From contig JAEOTA010000012.1 of NCBI GenBank assembly GCA_016840085.1, positions 132,847 to 196,846 of the forward strand: 64,000 bases of DNA. Reading direction: 5' to 3'. The position numbers and the translations under genes are program-made. The DNA is from Promethearchaeota archaeon (GTDB lineage: Archaea; Asgardarchaeota; Lokiarchaeia; Sigyniarchaeales; SOKP01). The notes beneath the pieces were generated by a model. That model did not search any database and was not told where the DNA came from. It saw only the letters and a list, made by a program, of their open reading frames with translations. This document shows positions 30,819 through 40,789 of this stretch, one piece after another; the first letter of the stretch is position 1, and every line of letters starts with the position of its first letter.

Positions 30819-32315
30819 CTAAAGAGATTCTTCTAAATTAAAATATATCTCTAGGATTATCTCATTTATAGCAGAACATAAACTGAGCATTATTGCAGCA
30901 TTTTTCGATGTGATTTTATAGAATCTAAAAATTCTTCTTGAATTTAAGATAGATATATTGTCTTTAAAAAAATTAAATAGAGATTTAACATCTCTTTCCA
31001 TTTCAGAGTTTTTTCTCAAATATAATACCAATCTATAACCTTTATTTTTCTCTCTTTTTATTTTTAATTTAAATTTCATTTTATGTATTTTATCTATAAG
31101 TCTTGCTGATAAAATGAATAATCCGGAAATTCCGATTAAGACACACGCGATCACCATTAGAGTTTCTACAATAATAAAATCATATAAGATAATCCCGAGG
31201 GGTGTGAATATTATGCTTGCCACGACAGAGTAAGTTTGAAATAATTGAAATTTAAATGTTTTATATTTACTATTACTAGAAAAATCTGTTATAAAAGAGG
31301 TATAAGAAACTATAATAATGTATCCTAAAATGAAAAGACTAAAATTTAAGACCATAAATAGTGGAAAATTAGAGATAGTTAGTAAAAATAAAAGAGGGAT
31401 ATATGAAATGAGAGATACTAATATAATACTTTTTTCATTAAACTTTTTGCATAGTAATTTAGCAGAATAAAGGCCTATAATTTGTCCTATAATAAAAATA
31501 AAATATAAAGAACTATAAATTCTAAATCCTGTTTCAGTAAATTTATCCAAAATCCATGAACTGAGCGGATATGTGTATATTAAATCGGAGGATGCTAGAA
31601 TGAAGGCTATATACATGATTACCATAATAATAATCTTATTTTGACTAAACCTCATTGGTGTTTTGTCAATTTCATGATTTTTTGAGGGATCTTTGTTTTT
31701 TAATTTTATATCATAAAGTCGTATTCCTTTACCAAAAATGAATATAATCATAATAATCGGAAAAGAAAGAAACGATCCTAGAATAAAGAATGAATCCCAG
31801 TGTGATAATGTAAAAATGCTTAATACATTAAAATGAAACAGTAATGAAATACCTAAATAACCTAGTATTGAGGCTAAATTGACTAATGTGATAAAGATTA
31901 GTTTTATACCCCTTGAATCTCCAACTATTTTTAAGTATAAACCGCTCATTACTGTTCTTATCATAGATTTAGAGAAAAAATAGACAAATACAAAAATACC
32001 ATATAAAATCAATATTTCCTTATATAAAATAAAAATTAGAAAGCAACTACATAAACTAATACAAGAAATATATAGTATAATCTTACTCTGAATTTCTTTT
32101 TTAATATACTTATCATAGAGAAAACCTAAAAATGGAGTTACAAATAAAGTTAAATAAGTTAAACCTTGTATGAATGCTAATTCAACACGGTTAACATTTA
32201 ATATATTTAAGTAGTATAATGGAATATAAATAATGAAATAAGCATCAAATATACTAAGTGTAAAATAAATCAAAAAAAATCCGGAATAAATCCTATTTTC
32301 TCTTAAATTCATCAA
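30819..32315 (-). CDS. Major facilitator superfamily transporter
   Basis: About 12 hydrophobic segments; GFLYDKY motif A; soluble C-terminal tail. Confidence 0.85.
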   Translation of the reverse strand: MMNLRENRIYSGFFLIYFTLSIFDAYFIIYIPLYYLNILNVNRVELAFIQGLTYLTLFVTPFLGFLYDKYIKKEIQSKIILYISCISLCSCFLIFILYKEILILYGIFVFVYFFSKSMIRTVMSGLYLKIVGDSRGIKLIFITLVNLASILGYLGISLLFHFNVLSIFTLSHWDSFFILGSFLSFPIIMIIFIFGKGIRLYDIKLKNKDPSKNHEIDKTPMRFSQNKIIIMVIMYIAFILASSDLIYTYPLSSWILDKFTETGFRIYSSLYFIFIIGQIIGLYSAKLLCKKFNEKSIILVSLISYIPLLFLLTISNFPLFMVLNFSLFILGYIIIVSYTSFITDFSSNSKYKTFKFQLFQTYSVVASIIFTPLGIILYDFIIVETLMVIACVLIGISGLFILSARLIDKIHKMKFKLKIKREKNKGYRLVLYLRKNSEMERDVKSLFNFFKDNISILNSRRIFRFYKITSKNAAIMLSLCSAINEIILEIYFNLEESL

Positions 32316-32397
32316 AATCCACGCTTAAATTTCTTATAAATATAAGTTATAAATTATCCATATAAAATCCGAATTAATTTCTTGTTTGTAAAACAAG

Positions 32398-32862
32398 TTA
32401 ATAACTCTCTAATTCCTTTTTCATTCTAATAAGAGGCTTTATCAAATTTTTTATAGTTGCATCTAAATTGTTTAATTTAGGAACAGGTATCTTAGAATCT
32501 TGATTTAAATCAAAGTTCGTAAAAAATATAAAATTTACTTGAGAACATAAATTTTCAACAAATTTAATCTCATTTTGAGGATTTTTGTGTTGAAATTTGG
32601 GAAGAATACTCATATTTTGTAAATCCTTCTCACATACTCTATTCAACCGATTGAAAATGCCAAATAAAGCTCCTGTTAAGTATGCTAATAAAACTTTTTT
32701 ATTAAGAATAGTTTTATTGAAAAAAGTAATATTTTCTAATCTTACTCGTAAATCTTTAATAAAATCTTTAACATTGATAATTTGCTTTCCATATATTGTC
32801 TTTTCATTAGCAATATTCATAAAAAAACCAATATAATAAATTGATTTATCGTTTGATTTCAA
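32398..32862 (-). CDS. Hypothetical protein
   Basis: 154-aa ORF. Confidence 0.45.
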   Translation of the reverse strand: MKSNDKSIYYIGFFMNIANEKTIYGKQIINVKDFIKDLRVRLENITFFNKTILNKKVLLAYLTGALFGIFNRLNRVCEKDLQNMSILPKFQHKNPQNEIKFVENLCSQVNFIFFTNFDLNQDSKIPVPKLNNLDATIKNLIKPLIRMKKELESY

Positions 32863-33036
32863 TTTTCCAATTTCTTTAAAAAAAAGTTATAAATCACATA
32901 TAAAAAGGTCAATTTTTTATTTTATGTGAGTAAATGGTTTTAAAAAAAGTGCATTTTTAATAGTTAGGTTTTAACTTATTCTCAACTCTAAAACTATAAT
33001 CTAATTAGAATTGTATTACGAAAAAATGAACAAGCT

Positions 33037-33354
33037 ATGGAAGAAACAATTTTAAGCTGCCCTTTATGTGGTAGTCAAGATATAAAGAATTACGATAATA
33101 AAATCAAATGTCTTGATTGTAATAAAACCTACGATAATGCCATCATTCAACTTATTCATGAAGTATGGGATATTATATCAATTGAAAAAAGGAATGATTT
33201 GTATAAACAAATATTAGATGCCAAAGATTTCACATCATTTATCAGTTTATTAAAGGCAATTAAAAATAAGAAATATTTCTGCCCATATTGTGGTGAAGAA
33301 GTTGATTTAAAATGTAAAATATGCCCCTCATGTGGGATCATTATTAAAAATTGA
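33037..33354 (+). CDS. Double zinc-ribbon protein
   Basis: CPLC..CLDC and CPYC..CPSC. Confidence 0.75.
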   Translation: MEETILSCPLCGSQDIKNYDNKIKCLDCNKTYDNAIIQLIHEVWDIISIEKRNDLYKQILDAKDFTSFISLLKAIKNKKYFCPYCGEEVDLKCKICPSCGIIIKN

Positions 33355-33360
33355 ATTACT

Positions 33361-33825
33361 ATGTTAAATCAGATTTTATTAAGCTTAGAAAAAATCGCAA
33401 GATCTTTGGGGGGAGATGAGGATCAAAATATCTTTTTGGTTGAGGACAACCAAAAAATAATTATAACAGAAGAAAAAGCACCAACAAATTCGAGTAATAG
33501 AATAGCGATTTGGGTATTAGAATCCTACGAAAATGAAAAGTATATATCTTTAAAGGAGGGTAAAATCTACAATAATAATTTAATTCAAAAAACTATGATT
33601 AATAGAAAAGAATTCCTAAAATACCCAATTGAGATTGAATTATCACGTGTTTTTAATGATATTGCTGAGGATCTAAAAGAAGAACATGGAATTAGGTTAG
33701 GAGATCTAACAGAAGAAGAATGGGAGAGAATCCAGGATACAGAGATATGGAAAAAATGTGAAGTTCAAGTCGCAAGAGAAATTATAGCTAAAGGTCTCAT
33801 TGAAAATCTAGAAATTATCAAATAA
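33361..33825 (+). CDS. Hypothetical protein
   Basis: ATG ORF 6 nt after the previous stop. Confidence 0.6.
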   Translation: MLNQILLSLEKIARSLGGDEDQNIFLVEDNQKIIITEEKAPTNSSNRIAIWVLESYENEKYISLKEGKIYNNNLIQKTMINRKEFLKYPIEIELSRVFNDIAEDLKEEHGIRLGDLTEEEWERIQDTEIWKKCEVQVAREIIAKGLIENLEIIK

Positions 33826-34635
33826 TGCTTTCTGAGTAATTTTTTCCTTTAGATTTTCAAATAATTTATCCTGAATTTTATTTTCTATTTCTTTTGATAT
33901 ATTTTTTACAATATCTTCAGGAATATTTTCTAAATTCCCATATAATTCATCTTGAATTATAAATTCAAATCCAAATGATAAATCATCAATAATTTCATGT
34001 TTTTGTAAATATCCTTCTCGATAAGCTTGGATATAATTTCTATTTAATTTCTTGAACCAAATTTTTGCATTATGTTCTATCATTTTAATGAGTTCTCGAT
34101 GTTTTGGTACATTAAAATGTTTGAATTCAAATTCATACTTAACGAATTTTTCCTTGAAATATTTTAGAATATCTCCCTTCTCCTTAGAATTTAAATCGGT
34201 ATTAGAATTAAGTAATACTATAATCATGTAATACTCAAAAGTGAAATATATCTGGACTTTAATATTGGAACCGTGAATTTCTAAATGACTTAAATTCTTA
34301 ATGTTAGTTTCTCCTGCAAAACTCCTTAATGAACTGAAATACATTGTAAGTAAGTCAATTTCTATAAGACTTTTATCATCTTCTGAAATATAAGATTTAA
34401 TTGGTCTATAATTATTTAGATTTGTAGTATCATACTCTAAAACCATTATTGTGTTTCCAAATTTGTTTGCCAGGATGATACCTACAATTGGTGGAATCTT
34501 ATCGAAATTATTCGTTCTGTAAGCAACATCTATAACGCTTTTCTCAATGAGATTATTAGTTTTTTTTTGTCGATTGGGGGTCTTAACATATCGGTTTTTA
34601 TTTGAAAATTGGTTTTCATCTTGAACTTCTAGCAT
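33808..34635 (-). CDS. Longin/roadblock-like domain protein (paralog of 10233..10991)
   Basis: PPIVGIILANKFGN...FAGE.NI.NL..LEI.GSNIKVQI shared with the paralog. Confidence 0.6.
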   Translation of the reverse strand: MLEVQDENQFSNKNRYVKTPNRQKKTNNLIEKSVIDVAYRTNNFDKIPPIVGIILANKFGNTIMVLEYDTTNLNNYRPIKSYISEDDKSLIEIDLLTMYFSSLRSFAGETNIKNLSHLEIHGSNIKVQIYFTFEYYMIIVLLNSNTDLNSKEKGDILKYFKEKFVKYEFEFKHFNVPKHRELIKMIEHNAKIWFKKLNRNYIQAYREGYLQKHEIIDDLSFGFEFIIQDELYGNLENIPEDIVKNISKEIENKIQDKLFENLKEKITQKALFDNF

Positions 34636-34687
34636 ATAACAACAATAACAAAATTTCTTTAAAAGGAGACGAGAGTGAAAATTTTTT

Positions 34688-34912
34688 TTAAAAAAAGATC
34701 TTCAGGAGTAAATTATAGGAATTATTGTTTTGGTACATAAGCTGTCTAGAATCATTTAAAGCTAGTAAATCTAATTTATCTTTAGTATCCCAAGCAATTA
34801 GGTCACTTCTTTCTTTTAAGGTTAATTTATCTCTTTTATTGTTACCAGAAGCTATAAATTCCAATCGCAGTTTTCTATTATTATACATCGTTTTATCATT
34901 CATTATCACCAA
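34688..34912 (-). CDS. Small hypothetical protein
   Basis: Overlapping co-directional cluster. Confidence 0.45.
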   Translation of the reverse strand: MVIMNDKTMYNNRKLRLEFIASGNNKRDKLTLKERSDLIAWDTKDKLDLLALNDSRQLMYQNNNSYNLLLKIFF

Positions 34913-35102
34913 TCAACTCTGAGTTATCGTACTCTTTCATGAATTTATCGAATATATTAACTGCTTGGATTGTTGTAATAATTTTTTCTCTCTCAGGAAT
35001 AGAAAGGTTCGAAATCCATTCAACCAACCTTTTGATTTCAGCAATATTATTGTCTCTACGTTTTATAAGTATCTCCTTATCCATTAGTATCCTCAACTCC
35101 AA
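34896..35102 (-). CDS. Small hypothetical protein
   Basis: Overlapping co-directional cluster. Confidence 0.45.
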   Translation of the reverse strand: MELRILMDKEILIKRRDNNIAEIKRLVEWISNLSIPEREKIITTIQAVNIFDKFMKEYDNSELIGDNE

Positions 35103-35106
35103 GTTC

Positions 35107-35211
35107 TCATTTAAGGATCTCCTTTAACTCTGCTTTTAGAGGTTTAACCTTTTTGGTAGCTCTAATTTTTAATTTTTTATGAAGTTCTTCTTCCACTTCA
35201 AGATGTTTCAT
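35107..35211 (-). CDS. 34-aa ribbon-helix-helix (Arc/FitA-like) protein (not in ORF track)
   Basis: MKHLEVEEELHKKLKIRATKKVKPLKAELKEILK*. Confidence 0.55.
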   Translation of the reverse strand: MKHLEVEEELHKKLKIRATKKVKPLKAELKEILK

Positions 35212-35321
35212 TTTTTTTTCATCTCATATTTCTTAATTAAGATTTTAAGTTCTTAATCATTAATGGGGAGGTTTTATATTTAAAGTTAGATACCCCAAAA
35301 GATTATCTGATTAATAAGATT

Positions 35322-35438
35322 ATATTTATGTTATTTATATGTATAACAAATAAATGATTTGTTGTTTAACATAAAGCTTATATGCATAAAAATAAAAGGA
35401 ATATCATATTTATGTTATTTATATGTATAACAAATAAA
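35322..35438. repeat. Perfect 33-bp direct repeat with internal dyad symmetry; putative operator
   Basis: ATATTTATGTTATTTATATGTATAACAAATAAA at 35322-35354 and 35406-35438. Confidence 0.8.
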
Positions 35439-35499
35439 GAATTAATTGATATACAAGAAATATGATTTTTTTTATACCGTATAGAATAAGAGAAAAGTA

Positions 35500-35590
35500 G
35501 TTTTTTACCCATGTATGTGGGGATCAAATGAAGGATTGGTTGTGAGGAATTATGAAATCCGCATTTTTCCCATGCGTGTGGGGATTAAAT
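35500..35590 (+). CRISPR. Orphan mini-array: two degenerate type I-E-like repeats and one ~31-bp spacer
   Basis: GTTTTTTACCCATGTATGTGGGGATCAAAT and GCATTTTTCCCATGCGTGTGGGGATTAAAT, period 61 bp, CCCA(T)...(G)TGGG stem. Confidence 0.6.
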
Positions 35591-35658
35591 ATGTGGACAT
35601 GTGTTTCATGTGGGCAAAATTTTTAAAAATTTTACAAGCATAATAGATACATACATGA

Positions 35659-35850
35659 GACAATCTAATCTATCGGTTATCTGCTCTGGGATGGACTCAA
35701 GAGGAGATCGGAAAGAAAGTGGGATTAAATCAAAAACATATTTCAGAAATTATCGGTAATAGTAATTTTACTAAAATTGATAATGATTGGAAAAACGGCA
35801 AACCAATTCCAGAAATCGCAGAATATTACGGATTCGATATTATTTATTAA
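35659..35850 (+). pseudogene. HTH-domain fragment
   Basis: DNLIYRLSALGWTQEEIGKKVGLNQKHISEII...IPEIAEYYG; no start codon in frame. Confidence 0.55.
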
Positions 35851-35943
35851 TTAATAATTCAAAAACTTGTCAACCCTAGAAACTTATAAAGAGAAAAGAA
35901 GAAAGAGTTTACCATGTAAAATTAAAATTAGGTATAAACGATT

Positions 35944-36138
35944 ATGTGTGTAAAATTGATTCCATATTCATATACAATGGATAAAACCTGTCCTCTATGT
36001 AAAAAACAAGTAAAAGCAATTAAACTTAATAGTGTAAGTAGTAATATTAAAGGTTCAAATCCACCTACAGCCTTTCAGCTATTAGGATGTCCAGAATGTC
36101 ATAATGTTTTTTATCATAAGAATGTTCGCAGAATTTAA
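35944..36138 (+). CDS. Small zinc-ribbon protein
   Basis: CPLC...CPEC. Confidence 0.6.
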   Translation: MCVKLIPYSYTMDKTCPLCKKQVKAIKLNSVSSNIKGSNPPTAFQLLGCPECHNVFYHKNVRRI

Positions 36139-36181
36139 AAGGGATTATTATTATATGAGACTTTTATAATTGAGTTAAGAT

Positions 36182-36787
36182 ATGATAAGTTATAAAGAAT
36201 TACTAAAGAATAAATTTGTTTTTTCTCTAATTATTGTACTAATACTATTAGTAATACTTTCTATAATTTTTCCTATATCCTTGTTTCAAAACTTAACAAC
36301 TCAGTTGAGTATTATAACAGCACTTATTATTCCTTTTATAATGAAGGGAATTGAAAGAGAAGAGAAAGAGAGGGATGAACAGGATATTATTATTCAAATA
36401 ATTAACAGGATAAAGGATTACCTTAAATACATTATGAATACTGAAAAGAGAGGTCAATATTATAGATTTTCAGGCTCAATGTCTTTTATTCACTTTATAT
36501 CTCAAAAATTTCCTGAGATTTTGATTAAAATTGGAATTGAAATCAATCAAAAAGAAGAAGAAGAACCAAGTCTTATTGAAGGTAAAATAATATATAGATC
36601 TTCGGAACTTTATATTCTGGATAAATACCTTATTGGATTAGATCCAATTTGCAAATTAATATCAATAGATCAGAATAAAGAAATTACACCAAATAAGAAA
36701 GAATTTGAAAGAATTATGAGAGAATTAATAGAGCATGCAAATAGAGTTTTTCCATTTAAATTAAGTAAAGATTTAGCGAAGTTTTAA
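36182..36787 (+). CDS. Membrane-anchored hypothetical protein (related to 55285..55818)
   Basis: N-terminal TM segments, coiled-coil, RGQY motif. Confidence 0.65.
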   Translation: MISYKELLKNKFVFSLIIVLILLVILSIIFPISLFQNLTTQLSIITALIIPFIMKGIEREEKERDEQDIIIQIINRIKDYLKYIMNTEKRGQYYRFSGSMSFIHFISQKFPEILIKIGIEINQKEEEEPSLIEGKIIYRSSELYILDKYLIGLDPICKLISIDQNKEITPNKKEFERIMRELIEHANRVFPFKLSKDLAKF

Positions 36788-36984
36788 TCTGAAGGTAATA
36801 AGCTTTTAAATTTATTGATAATATCTTGTTTTCTTTCTTTTCTACAGTTTATACAGAGATTCAAATCAATTGGATCAATATAATTAATACTTACTTGAGA
36901 TCCCATTCTTTCTCCTATTTTTAACCGAAAAGTAGTAATAAAAGATTCCTTATATTCTTCCTGACAAATATTACATTTCTTCAT
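36784..36984 (-). CDS. Small zinc-binding protein
   Basis: CNIC...LCINC. Confidence 0.6.
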   Translation of the reverse strand: MKKCNICQEEYKESFITTFRLKIGERMGSQVSINYIDPIDLNLCINCRKERKQDIINKFKSLLPSD

Positions 36985-37012
36985 TTTAATCGAAATTATT
37001 TATTTATTTCCT

Positions 37013-37678
37013 TTATTCTTTCTTCATAGATCCCTTTCTATGATTTTGTATAAATTCTCCTGTTGTAAATATCATATGCCAATGATTTCGATAAGGGGGT
37101 TCATGATGAAATGAATATTTTGACATATTTGCATCTTCTGGTAAAATTCCTTTTAATTTATCTAGTTTTTCTCTCATATTTAATCCTAAAAACCAAATTT
37201 GAGTATGTTGTAATTTATAATATCTTTTATCGTATTGTAAAACTCCTTTTTTTGAAATATATTGCCAAGCAATTAAATTTAATTGCAAAAGCCATTTTTC
37301 CAAAAGATTAATTAATTCTATATTTTTAGTAAAAGGTTTTATTTCTTGTATATTATATAATTCTTTAATTAAATTTATAATCTCGAGTCTTAATTCTTGG
37401 TATTTGATAATTAATTGAATATCTTTTAAAACTCCTTGATTTTCACTTTTAATTCTTAATTGTGCATATTTAAAAATCTTATCAGATATTATTTTCTGTT
37501 TTATATCTCGCAATTTAATCTTTTTTTTAATATTAGGTTCATTTGATATTATTTCTTCATAAAATTTAGATACTAATATTTTTGAACTAATACGTAATTC
37601 ATTCCGACTAGTAGCATTTACAATTTCTTTGTAATGTTCTTTATATTTTTCTTTCATTAATTCTTTTTCATTAGGCAT
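37013..37678 (-). CDS. Basic hypothetical protein with a His-rich C-terminus
   Basis: SD GGTGA before ATG; FHHEPPY..H.H...H. Confidence 0.6.
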   Translation of the reverse strand: MPNEKELMKEKYKEHYKEIVNATSRNELRISSKILVSKFYEEIISNEPNIKKKIKLRDIKQKIISDKIFKYAQLRIKSENQGVLKDIQLIIKYQELRLEIINLIKELYNIQEIKPFTKNIELINLLEKWLLQLNLIAWQYISKKGVLQYDKRYYKLQHTQIWFLGLNMREKLDKLKGILPEDANMSKYSFHHEPPYRNHWHMIFTTGEFIQNHRKGSMKKE

Positions 37679-37709
37679 TAGTTATCACCATTTTATTCAC
37701 TTCCTTTAT

Positions 37710-37949
37710 TTATTCTCCTTTGAAAATATCCCATTTTATGAAAAGAAATCTTTTATTTTTTAAATTTAGTTTATTACTTGGGCATTGGGGATTCATACAA
37801 TATTCAGGAATATTACTATAATAAGGATAAATCATTAATTCAAATTTAGTTCCACAGTGTGCACATCTCCACACTCCTGAAATAATAAGATCTTCTTTTT
37901 CCTTTTTTTCTTCTTTTATTTGATTTCCTAAATCAGATATTTTTGGCAA
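37710..37949 (-). CDS. Small zinc-ribbon protein
   Basis: WRCAHCG...CMNPQC. Confidence 0.6.
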   Translation of the reverse strand: MPKISDLGNQIKEEKKEKEDLIISGVWRCAHCGTKFELMIYPYYSNIPEYCMNPQCPSNKLNLKNKRFLFIKWDIFKGE

Positions 37950-38757
37950 TTAATTCACTTCTTTTTCTCTGGAATTTTTTAAAACCTTAAAATTACTATA
38001 AATATATTTTTTTCTTTAAATTTAAATTTTGAAAGAAATAGTACTTTTCAGGAGAAATTTATATAAAAACTGTTAATAAAATTTTTGAAGATTATATTAA
38101 GTTCAAGGAAAATCCTGTTAAAATAAGGTGTGAAGTTATTTATTCTTTCTAAAGATATAATCTCTTTGCTTTTTTGATTTTTGATGCAAAATAAATTAAT
38201 AAAACTAAGTTAGCAGAATATAATTTTATACCTATATCTGTACAGATACATAGTATGTTTAATCAATTTTTTTAAAGAATTTTAATCATATAATTAAAAA
38301 TTAATTTGTTTTGGTGATTTTTATTGAAGAAATTTGATTTATCCATTTAAAAAGCATTAATTTCGGTTACTCTCCCTTTCTTATAATTTAATAATACGTT
38401 TCTTTCATTTTCTTTTTTAAAGATCCCACCAATTTCTTTCGTCCTTATTAGTTTATGCTTTCTTGATATATAAGATTTTAATGTGAAATATACTTTTCTT
38501 TTCCGACAATCTTGACAACTTTTGTTTCGACATTTAGCACAAAAGACAAAAAACATATTGCTTTCAATATTATTGAATAGATATTTGGTTGTATATTCTT
38601 CTTATTCTGGGTTTTTAAACAAAACATTTTTTAATGATTCAATAAGGAGTGTATTTCTTTTCTTTTCAAAAGATTAATTTTTAAGTTTTCCTTTCCAATT
38701 TTACCTTTTACTTATCATCTAAAGTAACTCGATAATCTTTTTATTTAACTTATCCTT

Positions 38758-40017
38758 CTATAGAAAGATTGGTTTATAATTCAAAATTCCTTGAATTCTA
38801 TCAATCTTTACCAATGCTTTTTCAATAAGTTTCATTCTTATATCAAATTTAATTATTTTAGTTCTTCCATAATGTCCCATTGATTTAACCTCAGCGGAGA
38901 TTATTCCTACTAGTGATAAATCATTAATATAATCAGCAATTCTTCTTCTAGTCAATTGCCTAACACCAGGTATTAATTCTGCAACTTTAGAATGGATATT
39001 ATAAATATCCCCAGATATAATAGTATGCTCAGGATTAAATTTTGAAATTAAATATATTGATAGTAAAATTATTTGTGCTTGAAGTGGTAAATTTTTTATA
39101 TATTCTTTAATATAATCATTTTCTAATTCTTTTTGGGCTTTTCTTACATGTTTAACTGTGATAATTTTGTTTTGAGCTCTCTCCGCTAATTCACCTGCTC
39201 TTCTTAACAATTCCAGTGCCTTTTGCGCATAACCATATTTCATTGTTGCTAAAACGGTACATAAAGGAATAACTTCTTTCGTTAAAACGCCCTTAAGAAA
39301 AGAAATTTTGGATCTTTCAATCAAAATATCTTTAAGCTGATCTGTACTATATAAAGGAAAAAGTATATGTTCTTCGCCTAAATTGGATATTATTCTTGGA
39401 TCCAAATTCTCCCAAAATTTTAATTTATTCGAAATAACAATTAAACTCGTTTTACAATTGTCCAAATTTTCATTTAGTTTTATTAAATCACATAGAATTT
39501 CATTAAAACCTTTCTTATCAGCTAAAACATTTATTTCATCTAAAACCAAGAAAAAAATTGAATTTCCAAACTTTGAATCTAATAATCTAATCAAATTTTT
39601 GAAAATTATATCCTTTAGAAGGCCTGTAGGTGGAATCTTATCCTGTCTCGAAATTGTGTTATAAATATGAGCTAAAATACGATAAGGAGTTGAAAAAATA
39701 TTGCAGTTAATATAGATCCAAGATGGTTTAATTTTTGAGTTCTCTTGTGCTAATTTTTGACTCACATATCTTATGGTAACAGTTTTTCCCGTACCTATCA
39801 TCCCATAGCATAGAAAATTTTGAGGTGTATCACCTAATAGAGCGCATGCTGTCTTTTCAATAATATCTTTAATTTGAGTATCACGATGAGGTAATTTATC
39901 AGGAACATAAGACGATTCTAAAGCATCACGATTTTTAAAAATCCGTGGTCCTTTAAGATAGTTTTTATAAAATTTATCGATATTAAATTTATAATTATTA
40001 TTATGATTTTTCAACAA
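38758..40017 (-). CDS. cdc6: Orc1/Cdc6 replication initiator paralog with substituted ATPase motifs
   Basis: YVPDKLPHRD, GTGKT, YINC, LVLDEIN, LIVISN, FPLYS..QL..IL..R, C-terminal wHTH (GHYGRTK). Confidence 0.92.
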   Translation of the reverse strand: MLKNHNNNYKFNIDKFYKNYLKGPRIFKNRDALESSYVPDKLPHRDTQIKDIIEKTACALLGDTPQNFLCYGMIGTGKTVTIRYVSQKLAQENSKIKPSWIYINCNIFSTPYRILAHIYNTISRQDKIPPTGLLKDIIFKNLIRLLDSKFGNSIFFLVLDEINVLADKKGFNEILCDLIKLNENLDNCKTSLIVISNKLKFWENLDPRIISNLGEEHILFPLYSTDQLKDILIERSKISFLKGVLTKEVIPLCTVLATMKYGYAQKALELLRRAGELAERAQNKIITVKHVRKAQKELENDYIKEYIKNLPLQAQIILLSIYLISKFNPEHTIISGDIYNIHSKVAELIPGVRQLTRRRIADYINDLSLVGIISAEVKSMGHYGRTKIIKFDIRMKLIEKALVKIDRIQGILNYKPIFL

Positions 40018-40063
40018 TTTGACACCTAAATTATTTTAAAAATATCCTTGATTTCTTATTCTT

Positions 40064-40513
40064 TCATTCGGTGTTATACTCAATAATATTTTCATTATAA
40101 GGAACTTTAACCTTAACAATAACAGGATAAGAATGGCAATATTTAATCTCACATAATAAACACTTTTTTAATATAGTCTTTTTTGATTGTTCTTTACAAA
40201 AAAATTCCTTTTCAATTGAATCTAATAAAGTCTTTTTTATGAGTTCTCTACAAATAACATTAATATCATGAACAAATTCTTTCGCGAATCCAAGTTCGTT
40301 TGCAAACTCCCATTCCTCCTTTATTTGGTTCTTGGTATACTTAATTATAGTATTGATATCAGGATAAATCTCTCGTCCTTTATAACTTCTTAAATAATCA
40401 AGGTAATCAAAAAAACAAGAGAAGTGGTAATAAAAGCTTGATTTATTAATTTTTAAAATAATGTATTTCTCATTTTGAGGTATTACTTCTTTACAAAAGA
40501 TTGTGTTCTTCAT
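40064..40513 (-). CDS. Hypothetical Cys-containing protein
   Basis: FFCKE...CLLC...C; co-directional with cdc6. Confidence 0.6.
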   Translation of the reverse strand: MKNTIFCKEVIPQNEKYIILKINKSSFYYHFSCFFDYLDYLRSYKGREIYPDINTIIKYTKNQIKEEWEFANELGFAKEFVHDINVICRELIKKTLLDSIEKEFFCKEQSKKTILKKCLLCEIKYCHSYPVIVKVKVPYNENIIEYNTE

Positions 40514-40543
40514 TTTTTATTTATAATCTTAAATTTTATACTC

Positions 40544-40789
40544 TTAAATAAAATCAATCAAATCATTTCCCTTTTTAATTTGGTTTCCGCACCATCTAAT
40601 TAATTTAGTAGCCTTTTCTATTTTAATTCCTTCCTTTGAGATTAAATTGATTATGTCAGAATACATAATTTCTCTCTTTTCTCCTATTTTTTCTTTTACT
40701 CGTTGAGCATATTTTTTTAATTCTTTATTGATTTCTGATTTATTCTCTTCTCTTTCTGCTCCAATAATAGATTCTACTAATTCTACCAC
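40544..40789 (-). CDS. Small hypothetical protein
   Basis: ORF track; co-directional. Confidence 0.45.
   Translation of the reverse strand: MVELVESIIGAEREENKSEINKELKKYAQRVKEKIGEKREIMYSDIINLISKEGIKIEKATKLIRWCGNQIKKGNDLIDFI

Noticed and set aside
37013-37678. HNH endonuclease call
   Set aside because: His-rich tail only; the conserved Asn and spacing are not convincing.
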